Shown in pieces: positions 27,111-39,891 of a stretch of DNA of 64,000 nt; within the stretch, counting starts at the first letter, position 1; each line of letters starts with the position of its first letter. The notes under the pieces were generated by a model. It searched no databases. It saw only the letters and a list, made by a program, of their open reading frames with translations, and had not been told where the DNA came from. This stretch comes from Camelus dromedarius (taxonomy: Eukaryota), in assembly GCF_036321535.1 (NCBI RefSeq), contig NC_087462.1:868001-932000 (forward strand), given 5' to 3'. The position numbers were made by a program, and so were the translations under genes.

Positions 27111-30100
27111 TGCCACCGCCACCGCCACCGCCACCACTGAGCCTGCCAGCCCCGCGGTGCTGTCCCTCTTCCTGGGCAGCCCCTTCCTGCAGGGGCAGGC
27201 GCTGGCCCGCGCCCCGCCCGCCCGCCGTGGTGGCCTGGAGACAGAGAAGGAGGCCGGCAGGGAGGCAGCAGTGGCGGCCAGGGCCAAGGCCAAGCTGGCG
27301 CTGGCGGTAGCACGGATCAACCGGCTGGTGGAGGACATCTCGGCCCTCCACACCTCGTCCGACGACAGCTTCAGCCTCAGCTCTGGGGACCCCGGACAGG
27401 AAGCTCCGAGGGAGGGGCGTGCACAATCCTGCTCCCCTTGCCGGGGGCCGGAGGGTGGGCGGCGGGAGGCCGGCAGCCGAGCTCACCCGCTGCTGCGGCT
27501 CAAGGCGGCCCACGCCAGCCTCTCCAACGACAGTCTTAACAGCGGTAGCACTAGCGACGGGCACTCGAGGCCCAGCCAGCTGGCGGCGCTGGTGGAGCAC
27601 CGAGAGGGTCCCTTGTGTAGCCAGGAGCGGCCGAGCCGGCTTGACCTCCACCTGCCCGGCAGCCAGGCTGAGCCAGCAGCCCGGCACAGCGTGGCCACCG
27701 ATGCCCAAGTGCGCACCATCAAGCTGTCACCCACCTACCAACACGTGCCACTGCTTGAGGGCACTGCGCCCCTGGCATCTGGGGCCCGGAAACAGGCCTG
27801 GCTGCCCACAGAGGGCCTGAGCAAGGTCCCCGAGAAGCTGGTGGCCGAGGCCACACCTCTCTGCCTGTCCCGCTGCAGCTCCCTGTCCTCACTGTCTTCG
27901 GCCGGCCACCCGGGCCACAGTGAGGCTGGGGACCTGGACGACAGTGATTCGTCCCTGGAGGGGCTGGAGGAGGCTGGCCCCAGAAAGGCAGAGCTGGACG
28001 GGGTCTGGCGAGGGCCGGGGACTGCCTCGCTGCCTATGGCCATCCCGGTGCCCCGGCAGGGTCGTGGGCTGGGGGTGGAGGATGCCACACCCTCAAGCTC
28101 ATCTGAGAACTGTGTGCAGGAGACACCGCTGGTGCTGAGCCGCTGCAGCTCCGTCAGCTCTCTGGGCAGCTTTGAGAGCCCGTCCATCGCCAGCTCCATC
28201 CCCAGTGACCCGTGCAGTGGGCTGGGCAGTGGCACGGTCAGCCCCAGTGAGCTGCCCGACAGCCCCGGGCAGACCATGCCGCCAAGCCGCAGCAAGACGC
28301 CGCCACTGGCCCTGGCACCACCAGGTGAGCGGGAGGCCACCCAGTTCAGCCTGCAGTGGGAGAGCTACGTGAAGCGCTTCCTGGACATCGCCGACTGCCG
28401 GGAGCGCTGCCGGCTGCCGTCCGAGCTGGACGCGGGCAGCGTGCGCTTCACGGTGGAGAAGCCGGATGAGAACTTCTCCTGCGCCTCCAGCCTCAGTGCG
28501 CTGGCCCTGCATGAGCTCTACGTGCAGAAGGACGTGGAGCTGCGGCTGCTGCCCCCGGCCGGCCCCGAGCGCGGCCGCGGCGGAAGCGGAGGCCCAGGCC
28601 CCCACCTGACTGGGCATCGCCGGCTGGACGAGGCTGGTGTTCGCCTCGAGGGGCCGACATCCACTGACCAGGAGCTGGAGCGGCTGCGTGACTGTCTTGG
28701 TGCAGCCGTGCCTGCCCGGCTCCGCAAGGTGGCCTCCGCATTAGTGCCTGGCCGCCGTGCACTGCCTGTACCGGTCTACATGCTGGTGCCTGCCCCGGCC
28801 CGGGAGGATGACTCCTGCACTGACTCGGCCGAGGGCACGCCGGTCAACTTCTCCAGTGCCGCCTCGCTCAGCGATGAGACGCTGCAGGGACCACACAGGG
28901 ACGGCGGGCGTGCAGATGGCCAGAAGCCCGCAGGCCGCACCACCCCCACAAAGCAGCCTGCAGGACACCAGCACAGGGCAGGAGGTATGGGCCGGAAAAC
29001 AGAGCAGCCCCGAGGGGCTGGCAGGAGCCGGGCGGGGCTGGAGCTGCCCCTCCGCAGGCCCCCGAGCGCCTGCGGGGACAGGGAAAGCTCGCGCCCAGGT
29101 CGGGCACGTGGGGATGAGGCCCTGCAGTCTCTGTGCCTCACGACACCCACCGAGGAGGCGGTGTACTGCTTCTGTGGCAACGACTCGGACGAGGAGCCAC
29201 CCACAGCAGTGGCGGTGGCGCCCCCACGGCGGGTATCCGCCATCCCCCGGGCGGTGAAGAGGGAGCGCCTGGCTGGTGGCAGGAAGGAGGCACAGGTCGC
29301 ACCCAAGGCCATGCCCACGGCCGCGCCGCCCACCAGGGCCCAGCCCAGCCTCATTGCTGACGAGACGCCCCCATGCTACTCCCTGAGCTCCTCGGCCAGC
29401 TCCCTCAGTGAGCCTGAGCCCTCCGGGCGCACAGCCGGCCGGCCCCGAGCCCCTGAGCCAGCGGCTACCAAGGGTGGGCAGGACAGCTCCCCCAGCCCGC
29501 GGGCCGAGGCAGAGCTGCTGCGGCGCTGCATCGGCTCAGCCATGCCCAGACGCCGGCCCCAGGCCCCCGGCCCGCGGCGTCGCCAGCCCCGAGCTGCGCG
29601 ACCAGAGGAGCAGCCGGCAGAGGTGCACCAGGAGCATAGCGAGGAGGCGGCGGGCTCAGACCATGCCTCAGACCTGGACAGCGTCGAGTGGCGAGCCATC
29701 CAGGAGGGCGCCAATTCCATCGTCACGTGGCTGCACCAGGCGGCCGCGGCAGCCACCCGCGAAGCCTCGTCCGAATCTGACTCCATCCTGTCCTTCACGT
29801 CGGGGCTATCAGTGGGCTCCACCCTGCAGCCCACCTTGCATGGGCAGGGGCGACGCCCAAGGGCAGAAGGCCAAGCAAGCAGTGCTGTGCGGCCAGAAAA
29901 ACAGGACGTGGCCTTGGCCCAGCGCAGCGGTGGCCCGGAGAAGCCACGTGGCGCTCAGAAGACTGCATCCAGGGTGCCAGCCGTGCTCAGGGGACGGACG
30001 GTTATCTACGTGCCCAGCCCAGCAGCCCGAGCTCAGCCCAAAGGTGCCCCCGGCCCCCGCACTGTGCCAAGAAAGATGGGAGCCCCAAGCCCCGTGCAGC

Positions 30101-31524
30101 CAGCAGCTCCAGCCAAAGCCCTCGGCACCGGGCAGCAGCGGTCTCGGAGCCTGCACCGGCCTGGCAAGACCTCGGAGCTGGCGGCACTGAGGCCCCCTCA
30201 GAGGAGCGCCACACCGCCCGCTCGCCTGGCCAAGACCCCCTCATCGAGCTCCTCTCAGACCTCCCCTGCCTCCCAGCCTCTGCCCAGGAGGTCGCTCCCA
30301 GCCACCCAGGCTGGGGGACCCCTGCCTGGCCCTGGGGCCGCTCCAGTGCCCAAGACCCCCGCACGGGCCCTGCTGGCAAAGCAGCACAAGACACAGAAGT
30401 CGCCGGTGAGGATCCCCTTCATGCAGAGGCCTGCCGGGCGGGGGCCGCCACCCCTGGCCAGGGCGGCCCCAGAACCCGGTCCCAGAGGCCGGGCAGGGGC
30501 CGAGGTGGGCCCAGGCACCCGAGGGGGCCGCCTGGGCCTGGTGCGCGTGGCCTCCGCCCGCTCCAGCGGCAGCGAGTCCTCCGACCGCTCGGGCTTCCGG
30601 CGGCAGCTGACCTTCATCAAGGAGTCACCAGGCCTGCTGCGCCGACGCCGCTCTGAACTGTCCTCGGCCGAGGCCACCACCCCTGCTGCCCAGGCCGGCT
30701 CGCCCCGCCGTGGCCGGCCTGCGCTGCCTGCCGTCTTCCTCTGCTCCTCGCGCTGCGACGAGCTGCGGGCGCCCCCCCAGCAGGCCCCGGCCCCACAGCA
30801 GCTCCCCGCAGCCCGGGCCAGCCCCTGCGAGAGGCCGCCCCGGCGCACCAGCTCCGAGAGCCCATCGCGCCTGCCTGTCCGCACACCAGCGGCCCGGCCC
30901 GAGACGGTCAAGCGCTACGCTTCTCTTCCCCACATCAGCACGGCCCCCAGGCCCAACAGCGCCGCCCCCAGGCCCGCGGCTGACCCGGCCCGCCGCAGCA
31001 GTGACGGGGAGGCCCGGCCGCTGCCCAGGGTGGCTGCGCCGGGTACCACGTGGCGTCGCATCCGGGACGAAGATGTCCCGCACATCCTGCGGAGCACGCT
31101 GCCTGCCACCGCCCTGCCCCTGATGGGCTCCTCGCCCGAGGAGGGCCCGGCTGGCCCACCGCAGCGCAAGACCAGTGACGCTGTGGTCCAGACAGAGGAC
31201 TTCGCTGCCACCAAGACCAACTCCAGCACATCTCCAAGCCTGGAGAGCAGGGAGCCTCCCCAGACCATAGCCGGCGGCCCCACCTCCCTCCTTGGCAGCG
31301 ACGTGGACGGGCCCAGCCCTGCCAAGGCGCCCACCCCTACCCCCTTTGTCCACGAGGGCCTAGGGGTGGCTGCAGGGGGCTTTCCTACCAGCCGGCATGG
31401 CTCCCCCAGCCGCTCAGCCCGGGTTCCCCCCTTCAATTATGTGCCCAGCCCCATGGTGGCAGCCACCGCTGACTCTGCCGTGGAGAAAGCCCCTGTCCCC
31501 ATCCCCACCAGCCTCCTGGAATAG
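14273..31524 (+). CDS. APC2: Adenomatous polyposis coli protein 2, ~2269 aa. Coding exons: 14273-14413, 14574-14664, 14783-14963, 15882-15990, 16114-16230, 16858-16935, 17135-17233, 17757-18144, 18859-18954, 21657-21796, 22193-22270, 22390-22506, 22833-23047, 26565-31524
   Basis: N-terminal coiled coil ([29 protein letters not shown]), armadillo repeats ([17 protein letters not shown]), 20-aa beta-catenin repeats ([27 protein letters not shown]) and SAMP repeats (CIGSAMP). All junctions are GT-AG, and the exons sum to 6810 nt in frame ending at TAG 31522-31524. Confidence 0.97.
18453..18618 (-). mobile_element. tRNA-Ala-derived SINE (Vic-1-like) in APC2 intron
   Basis: Same head (gggaattgaacccaggacctc...gctaagcatgtggtctaccacttgagctacacc) and AT-rich tail as the 910-1083 copy. 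Confidence 0.8.
19428..19532 (-). mobile_element. Short tRNA-Ala-derived SINE copy in APC2 intron
   Basis: ggaggtactggggattgacccaaggacctc...gctaag...ctgagctataccc with a TA-rich tail. Confidence 0.75.
20455..21070 (-). mobile_element. Old L1 (L1MB-like) 3' fragment in APC2 intron
   Basis: aaaattcaccgtcttagccatgtttaagggcacagctcagtggcattaagtacatcc...ggactggcctgttctggac... motif. Confidence 0.7.
23190..23880. repeat. Very AT-rich degenerate tandem array (~170-240 nt period) built on the MER53 central hairpin
   Basis: Core TAGTGTAAG..TATCC..AA(T/C)ATTGCA.GGGATATACTT recurs at 23196, 23434, 23657 and 23828; TAATAAGTAATGCTTC(T)AATGTA recurs in between. Confidence 0.75.
23885..26182 (+). mobile_element. 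5'-truncated, decayed L1 (ORF2 RT to 3' end) in the last APC2 intron; contains N-gap 25666-25859
   Basis: Fragments translate to L1 ORF2 motifs ([51 protein letters not shown]), broken by stops; A-rich end at ~26175. Confidence 0.92.
26183..26495. repeat. Continuation of the MER53-derived AT-rich array, ending in a MER53-like right arm
   Basis: Core copies at ~26256 and ~26417, then ctgaaattcaaagttacctgggcacc resembling the MER53 arm (from memory). Confidence 0.6.
27076..27138 (+). repeat. Coding compound microsatellite (GCC)9 GCT GCC followed by (ACC GCC)3 ACC ACT, encoding A11-(TA)3-TT in APC2
   Basis: Read directly in APC2 exon 15; the repeat is in frame. Confidence 0.95.
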
Positions 31525-33949
31525 TGGCCGCCAGAGCTGGCTTTCCAGAACATCCTCTCCCGGCCCAAAGCGGTCTGGAGGCCCCGAGGGTGGTCCCAGG
31601 GCCTGCCTGCCCACCCAGTTGCCCGCCCTCTGAGCCTCACCCCTGCCCACATGGGCCTCACAACTCACACGTAGACGCTTGCTTCTGTGCCGGGGAGAGG
31701 GGTGGGCACTACGGGAGGAAAATGAGCGGCAGGCTGGACCTCAAGTCCCTGCTAGAGGTGGTCCCACGGTGGACCACCCTTCTAGCTGGGGCTGTCCTCA
31801 GCAGTGCCCTCCAGGGCTCCCAGCCCTGCTGGGTCAAGGATCAGCATGACACTCCCCTCCCCAACCTCGGGAGCTGCAAGGGGGTAACGGTGCCCGCCGA
31901 GGTGGGGGACAGGGCTGGGGAGGGTGGCACCAGCGGGAGCCTGCCAGCTGGGGGCTGCGGCAATGCAGGCACAGGAGGAAGCCTGTAATTACAGGCAGGG
32001 CCGTAATTTGTTAATAATGGCTCAGCTGGTTTGTTTGCCTTCTCAGCCCCAGCTGGGGGTGTGGAGAGGGGTGCAGCTGAGCCCAATAGAAAGGCAGACC
32101 CTGCCCCAGACAGAGACAAGTAGGGAGCCTGGAGACTGAAGGTGGGGGTGGGGGGAGTGCGGTCGCGACCCAGGGCACCCCTGCAACTGGTAAGGAACAA
32201 GCAGAGGGGGGTGTGAGGACGATGGGTGGGCTCTGGCTGACCTGGGCAGGCGAGGTCGGTCAAGATGCCCTGGTGGGCAAGGTACCAACGGGAGGGGGCC
32301 AAGGAGAGTCAGCTGTGACCCCAGCAGGACTGCAACCCAGGAGAGGAGGTCCCGGCAGACACCTGCCCAGCCACTGGTCTTTCCTTTTTCAATCTTATTC
32401 TCCTTTCCAAGGTGAGGAGCCCTGGGTCTGGGGCTCCTCCCTGTGGGATTGCGTGGCTGTGGGATCCAAGGCGGAGCCTGCGCCCAGCCTTCGGACTGTA
32501 GGACCTGGAGCCCTGGAACCACAGCCGACAGATGCTAGAGAGCTGGTACCAGCCAAGGCAGGGAGGTGGACAGCAGGCCTGGAGGCCAGGAGAGGCCGCA
32601 CCCCAAGGCAGGTGTGTGATCCTTCTCCACCCAAGCACACCTTCTGTAGGAAGAGCTGGTGACCTCTTCCCTGCAGAGCCTGGCTCTGCGCCGGAGCTGC
32701 TCTGGGCCCGCGGGTCTGCCATCACAGCGGCCCCACAGAGCTGCTCCTGGGGGCTGGGGGCCAACGTCCTTTCTCTGGGAGGAAAGGACATGGGGTTGAG
32801 TCAAGAGGTGCCGAAGGAGCCGTCTCCACCCACGGGCACCGCTGTCCCGTCCCTCGGACACTATGTTGCTGCCGCCGCTTAGAGCGCACATGGACCACGC
32901 TGCGTCCCCTCCTGCAACACCCCGTCCTGCAGGACAGACTCCAGGGCTCTGCCTGAGGGGCCAGAACAGGACACAGGACCAGAAGGGCTGCGGACTGCAC
33001 CAAATGCTCCTTCTTTGATGGCGCCCACAGTGGGGGCCACTGGGGAGTCTCCCCGGGGAGCCGGCAGGCAGCAGAGGGCACTGGACCTGGGGGCTCCAGG
33101 CCAAACTCAGAAACCACGGTTCCTGTCCCCATCAGCAGCGTCACGGCAGGGCCAGGTGGTCTTCCAGGCTTCCCAGACTTGGGGGCTACAGCCAGTCTCC
33201 CCCTTGAAATGGGTCCCCACCCCTGCTGACCCAGCTGTGGGGGTGGGGTGGGGCAAGCCCCACACCGTGAGACCCAGAGCAGTGCTCTCGCCGCTGTGTG
33301 CCTGTCTCCCTGCGTGGGCCGTGGGGAGACCTCCCAGAGCTACCTCTCGGGCAAGCAGAGCTGTGGCGCGACTGGTGGCAGAGGACCCTCCCCGGCTGCC
33401 CCTCTGCCTGCCCTCTGTCCGGCCCTGGGCATTCTCTCCACAGGCAGGGCCCGCTCATCCTCGTCCAGCGGCCACTTCTACCTTCTCCACCCACGGCAGT
33501 GGGGGCCCAGGGGCCTGGGCAGAGCAGATTCCTGGAGAAGACAGCTCTGGCAGTCACTGAACAATCAACCTGAGGCCGGAGCTGGGGGACTGAAGTCTGA
33601 TGATCCAAATGCTGCCCGTCAAGCCCTGACCCCTCAGGACGCTGCTTGGCCACCTGGCCACCTGTCAAGGGGACACGGGGCACCCAAGCTGGGGACCTCA
33701 GCCCAGGGGCAGATGGACACCCCGAGCTGGGTGCTGAATTCTCAGCATTACCTCACCCACACCGCCCAGCCGGCTGCAGCCCGAGCCGAGCTGCCGTGGT
33801 TCATCCCCTGCACCCGTGTCTCCATTCAGTCCTGGGCCTCCCCAGCGTACACACTCAGCTCCCTGTACATACAGCCCCGCCTGTCCCCCCACCAACTGTA
33901 AAGCCATCATCTGGTAGGAGGCTGTGGAACCAGGCATCTCACGCGCACC

Positions 33950-33958
33950 TTTAATAAA
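33950..33958. terminator. Overlapping bidirectional poly(A) signal TTTAATAAA (AATAAA on + for APC2, ATTAAA on - for C19orf25)
   Basis: AATAAA at 33953-33958 (+) and TTTAAT at 33950-33955 (ATTAAA on -). By eye it is the first canonical hexamer downstream of each stop codon. Confidence 0.7.
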
Positions 33959-35512
33959 CAGCTGTCAGATCGCACTCCACACTGCCCGTGGTGCTGCCCT
34001 GAGATGGCGTGGCTGGGACAAGGGTCAGGAGGGGAAATTCACAGGCCTTTCCGCCTGGCCAAACCCGCCCCAGGTCCAATGCTGCCTGCAGAACCCTGCT
34101 CCCCAGAAGCGCGAGGATGGTAGGGCAGAGCCCAGAGCCGGGCCGGGGTTTAGGGAGAGCACCCATGCCAGGCACGGGGGGACGGGTCTGGGGAGGAGGT
34201 CAGCGGAGTGACCTGACCCTGAGGGGCTCCAGAGAGTAAATAGTGTCCCAAAGACAGGGGTCCTCACCCAGAGATGGGGCCGGGCAGGGAGGGGTGATGC
34301 ACCCCAACCAAGGGCCAGCTGATAGCAAACTGACTCTGGACGAGGCAGCCTGGCACCTGCAGCTGCAACTAGAGCCAGTCCTGCCCTGTGCGAACACCTG
34401 TGCACCCCAGGTCATGTTTCCTTTTCTGGGGAGTCTCTCAGGGTTGAGCAGGCACCCTTTCTTTAGGGAAAGAGCAACACCTCCTGGGGCGTGTAGCGTC
34501 TCCCATCTGAGGGCTCTGCCGTGGTGGGGCCCAGTGCTGCCCCAAGCTTCCAAGGAACCCGAGAAAGGACTGGCTCACAGAGGCACCATTCAGGCGACCA
34601 GACATGGGGATTTCACCTGAGGGGCTCAGTGGGGTTGTCCACCACAGGCCTGGCCCCGGGGCCACCTCCCACAGATCCACTGCTTCTCTGGTCTTCATGG
34701 GATTTGTTTTAGGGTGAATGCCCTTTTCAAGATTCTTTCCTGCCCCACCGCCCACCTGCCCACAGGTGGAGTGTGCAAGGAGTGGGGGCAGTGAGGTGAG
34801 GGCTCCGGGCAAGCAACTGACCATCCCATCCTCTCATGGGAGCCCAGGCCTCGCGCCCCATAAGACAGAATCCTGCAGCTGACGGACAGACAAGTGTCTG
34901 CCCCGAGGGAGTGCCCACACCTTAAATGGGGTGCCCGGGGCCCCGAAGGGTGCTACCCCGTCCCTAGGGCCCATCTCAGATCTGGGCCCCGCAGGGCCAT
35001 TGCTCCTCACAACCAGGGCCACCATGGGCAGGGGAGGAGACTGAACTCCCCCATCCTCTCCCGGAATCTCTGGGGGCCGCCAGTTCATATGCCAGAACCA
35101 GAGGGGTGGGTTCCACCAGCTCAGCTGAACGGGTGATCAGTGAAGCAGGGTGCCTGGGGGGAAGGAGGGGAGGAAGGCTGGACCGGCCCTCGGGTTCTGG
35201 GCCCACAGGAAGTCCAGTCCGGGCTCCACGGGTATCGAGCCCCAGGAAAGAAGCTCCGGGGTGAAGGACATGTGTGCGCCCCAGACCCACCCTCAGGGAG
35301 GGACCCGACCAGCTGAAGCCCACTGCCCCTGCCGCAGCCACACACCCTGGGCAAGCTGCGTCCCCTGGGGTCTCTGGTGTCAGGGAGACGTGCCTAGGCC
35401 ACGGGAGAAGGGAAATGCAGAACCTGCTTCTGGGACCCAGGGCTCATGTCTGAGGTGTGCTGGTCAGGTGTTCAGGGGAGGACCCAAGGTTCTGCCGAGC
35501 CTGGGGGCCAGG

Positions 35513-37286
<1,774 letters not shown>

Positions 37287-37384
37287 TCAAAGTCCGGCTC
37301 CACCCAAGCCACAGCTTCCCCCAAAGTTCCCGGCGCCACGGCCGCCCCACCTAGGAGCGCGCCCCAAGCCGCCACCGCGGCCGA

Positions 37385-37455
37385 GCAACCACTTCCGGTT
37401 CCGGTCGGAGCGCGGACCCTCCCTATAGGCACGTGACGCACACTTCCTGCCATCT
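37385..37455 (-). promoter_or_regulatory. C19orf25 housekeeping-type promoter
   Basis: Tandem ETS sites ACTTCCGGTTCCGG (37391-37404), E-box CACGTG (37430-37435) and a further CACTTCCTG (37441-37449) in a CpG island. Confidence 0.6.
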
Positions 37456-38034
37456 CCTGCTCCCGCCCACCGCGAAGCCACGCCCCCTCCTAAGGGGGCC
37501 GCGCCCTCCATGGGCGGGAGTGATCGGAGAAGAGAAACGATTGGGCCAGAACGAAGGACACGACTTCAGCCTCCCGGTTCTGGGCCTGGAAACCCAAGGG
37601 GTGGGCGTAGGGTCCGTTCCCCGCTCTTCTCGCTGCCTAACAAGGCATCCGAGTCCTGGCTCTGTGCAGAGTGGGACACGACCCTCAACCCACGTGGCTG
37701 CCATGGGACAGTTACTGTGCAGGCTCAGGCCACGTGGCCGGCGCACAGGGAGCGCTCAGTGAAAGCCCACTGCGCCACTCTCCAGCGAGGTGGCCTGGGA
37801 CACAGGACTCGGGTCAGCATCTCCCTCCCACACCCCAGTCATGGCCACCTCTCCCATCTCTAAAACCCCCTCCCCACCAAGGTGGGGCGTCGCTGGACGG
37901 TGATGTTGGCCCCTCCCCTCTTGGCTAGGATGGGAAGACTGGCTCAGAGCAGAGGGAAGTTTTTGTGTTTTTAAGCAGCTTATAAAAAGTAATTTACACA
38001 CAACATTGTAAATCAACGGTACTTCGACTTATGT

Positions 38035-38600
38035 TTAAAAAGTAATTTACATACCATAAAGTCCACCTGTTTAAAGTGTACAACTCAATGTTCTGGGGAG
38101 AGGGAAAGAAAGAGTTGCACCTTGTGCAACCATGCCCACAGTCTAACTCCAGACCATTCCCAAAAGGAAGCCCCATCCCCATCAGCAGTCACCCCTCCTC
38201 AGCCCCTGGTACCCTCTAACACACTCTGTGGACTGGCCTGTTCTGGACGTTTCACATAAATGGAGTCACACACTGTGTGTCCTTCTGTGTCTGCTTCTCT
38301 CACTGAGCATCGCATTGTGAGTTTTCATCCATGAGGTAATGGGTGTCAGTTCTTCTCTCCTATTCATGGCTGAGTGACGTTCACACGTGTGGAGGGACCA
38401 TATTGCGTTGTTTATTCATTCACCTGTCCACGGACATTTGGGCTGTTTCCACATTTTGGCTGCTACAGGCTGCTGTGAGCATCCCTGCACAGGTTTTTGT
38501 GCAACTGTGTTTTTGGTTTCCTTAGGTACATACCTGGGAGCAGAATTTCTGGTGCACAAGGTAACTCTCTGTTTAATTGTCTGTGGAACTGTCTGTTTCT
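38035..38600 (-). mobile_element. Old L1 (L1MB-like) 3' fragment
   Basis: ccacctgtttaaagtgtacaactcaatg...ggactggcctgttctggacgtttcacataaatggagtcacac motif. Confidence 0.7.
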
Positions 38601-39545
38601 GGCATGTTTGTGGTGCTTACTGTGGGGCAGATGGGAAAATGACCTCATTTGAGCCTGATCCCCGGGAGTGTTAGGTGCGGCTTAATGCTGTCGCACAGGT
38701 GCAGCCACCAAGGCTCTGAGGAGGAGGCCAGAGCCTCATTCTGTTCAAGGCTTGAGACTGGACAAAATGAGCCTGGTGGCAGAGCAGATCCCCAGATGCC
38801 CAGGGCCACTAGAGGGGGTGGACCCTGGGGCTCCTGCAACAACCCAGGACTGCTTCTGGGAGTCCATGGGTGAGGCACAACCAGCCTCCCTACTCTGAAA
38901 ATCAGGACAGACGAGTCCCCACCCCACTGGTGCGAGGACAGAGGAGGGACTCTTAATAGCTCTGTCCACACCCTTTCCCACTGCCCCCTTCCTGTACCTC
39001 AGGATCCTCTTTCTGTCCTAGAGAGGTGGAGAACCCAATTTCCAGATGGGGAAGTTGAGGCTGGGGTGGGGGGAGGGAGTGATGAGAGCCATGTACCCCT
39101 AGCCATGGTCCAAGCAGCCTCCCAAGGACCTCGAAGAATGGAGAAAATGTACAAAGATGGGGAACCGTTGACGGCCAGCAGGGGTAGAAGGCCGTGTGAA
39201 TTGTCATTTGCGAATCACACTCTGTTAGTTCCCGGAGTTCCAGAGAAACTCACTCACAAGGATGGAGGAGGGCTTAGAGCAGTGGCAGAGGGAGTCCTGG
39301 GACTCAGAGGCCTTACAGCACGTGGGTGGGGTTACTCCCTGGGGACCCTGCCCTGCCCGGCCCTCCACGGCTGGGACTCTGGGCCCCACTGACCCCTTTT
39401 CCTTTGTGGGCTCCTGGGTCCTCCAGAGACTGACACTGGGGGGAAGATGGTTTCCATGTGAGATGTGGGGGAACCACCAACCATGCCGTGAAGAAGAGGC
39501 CGATGCCCCAAAGGAGCCCACAAGACCTGCACTTCCTATTCAACC

Positions 39546-39551
39546 TTTATT
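39546..39551 (-). terminator. PCSK4 poly(A) signal AATAAA
   Basis: TTTATT on + strand, ~340 nt downstream of the PCSK4 stop codon. Confidence 0.7.
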
Positions 39552-39891
39552 TGCCAACTCCAGTGGGACGCGGTGCCTGAGACTCTGGATGTTGTCGTGT
39601 GTTCTCCCCACCTTTCCCCATTCTGGGACCAGGGAGGAAGGGAGGGTGGTCGCCCACCTGCCTCTGGCCTATCTCACCCCCACCCCACCTGAACGGTGCA
39701 ACTAGACTTCTGGCTCTCTTTTTCCCTTCCACCTGGACCTGCTGAGCCCGACCCCACACCCCTGCCTCTGGCCTGTGGGCCTCAGTGGCAGCCAGGGCCT
39801 TTCAGGGACAGGTTCCCACAGGGTGCCGGTCCGGGCAGCAGGACAGTGGTGCCCACCAGGGCTGGGCTGAGGCGCACGCTGGCTCTCCTAG

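Noticed and set aside
26455-30911. Long antisense ORFs (417 aa at 26455-27708 and several of 200-280 aa) opposite APC2 exon 15
   Set aside because: Expected shadows of a very GC-rich coding exon; low-complexity translations with no recognisable domain or promoter.
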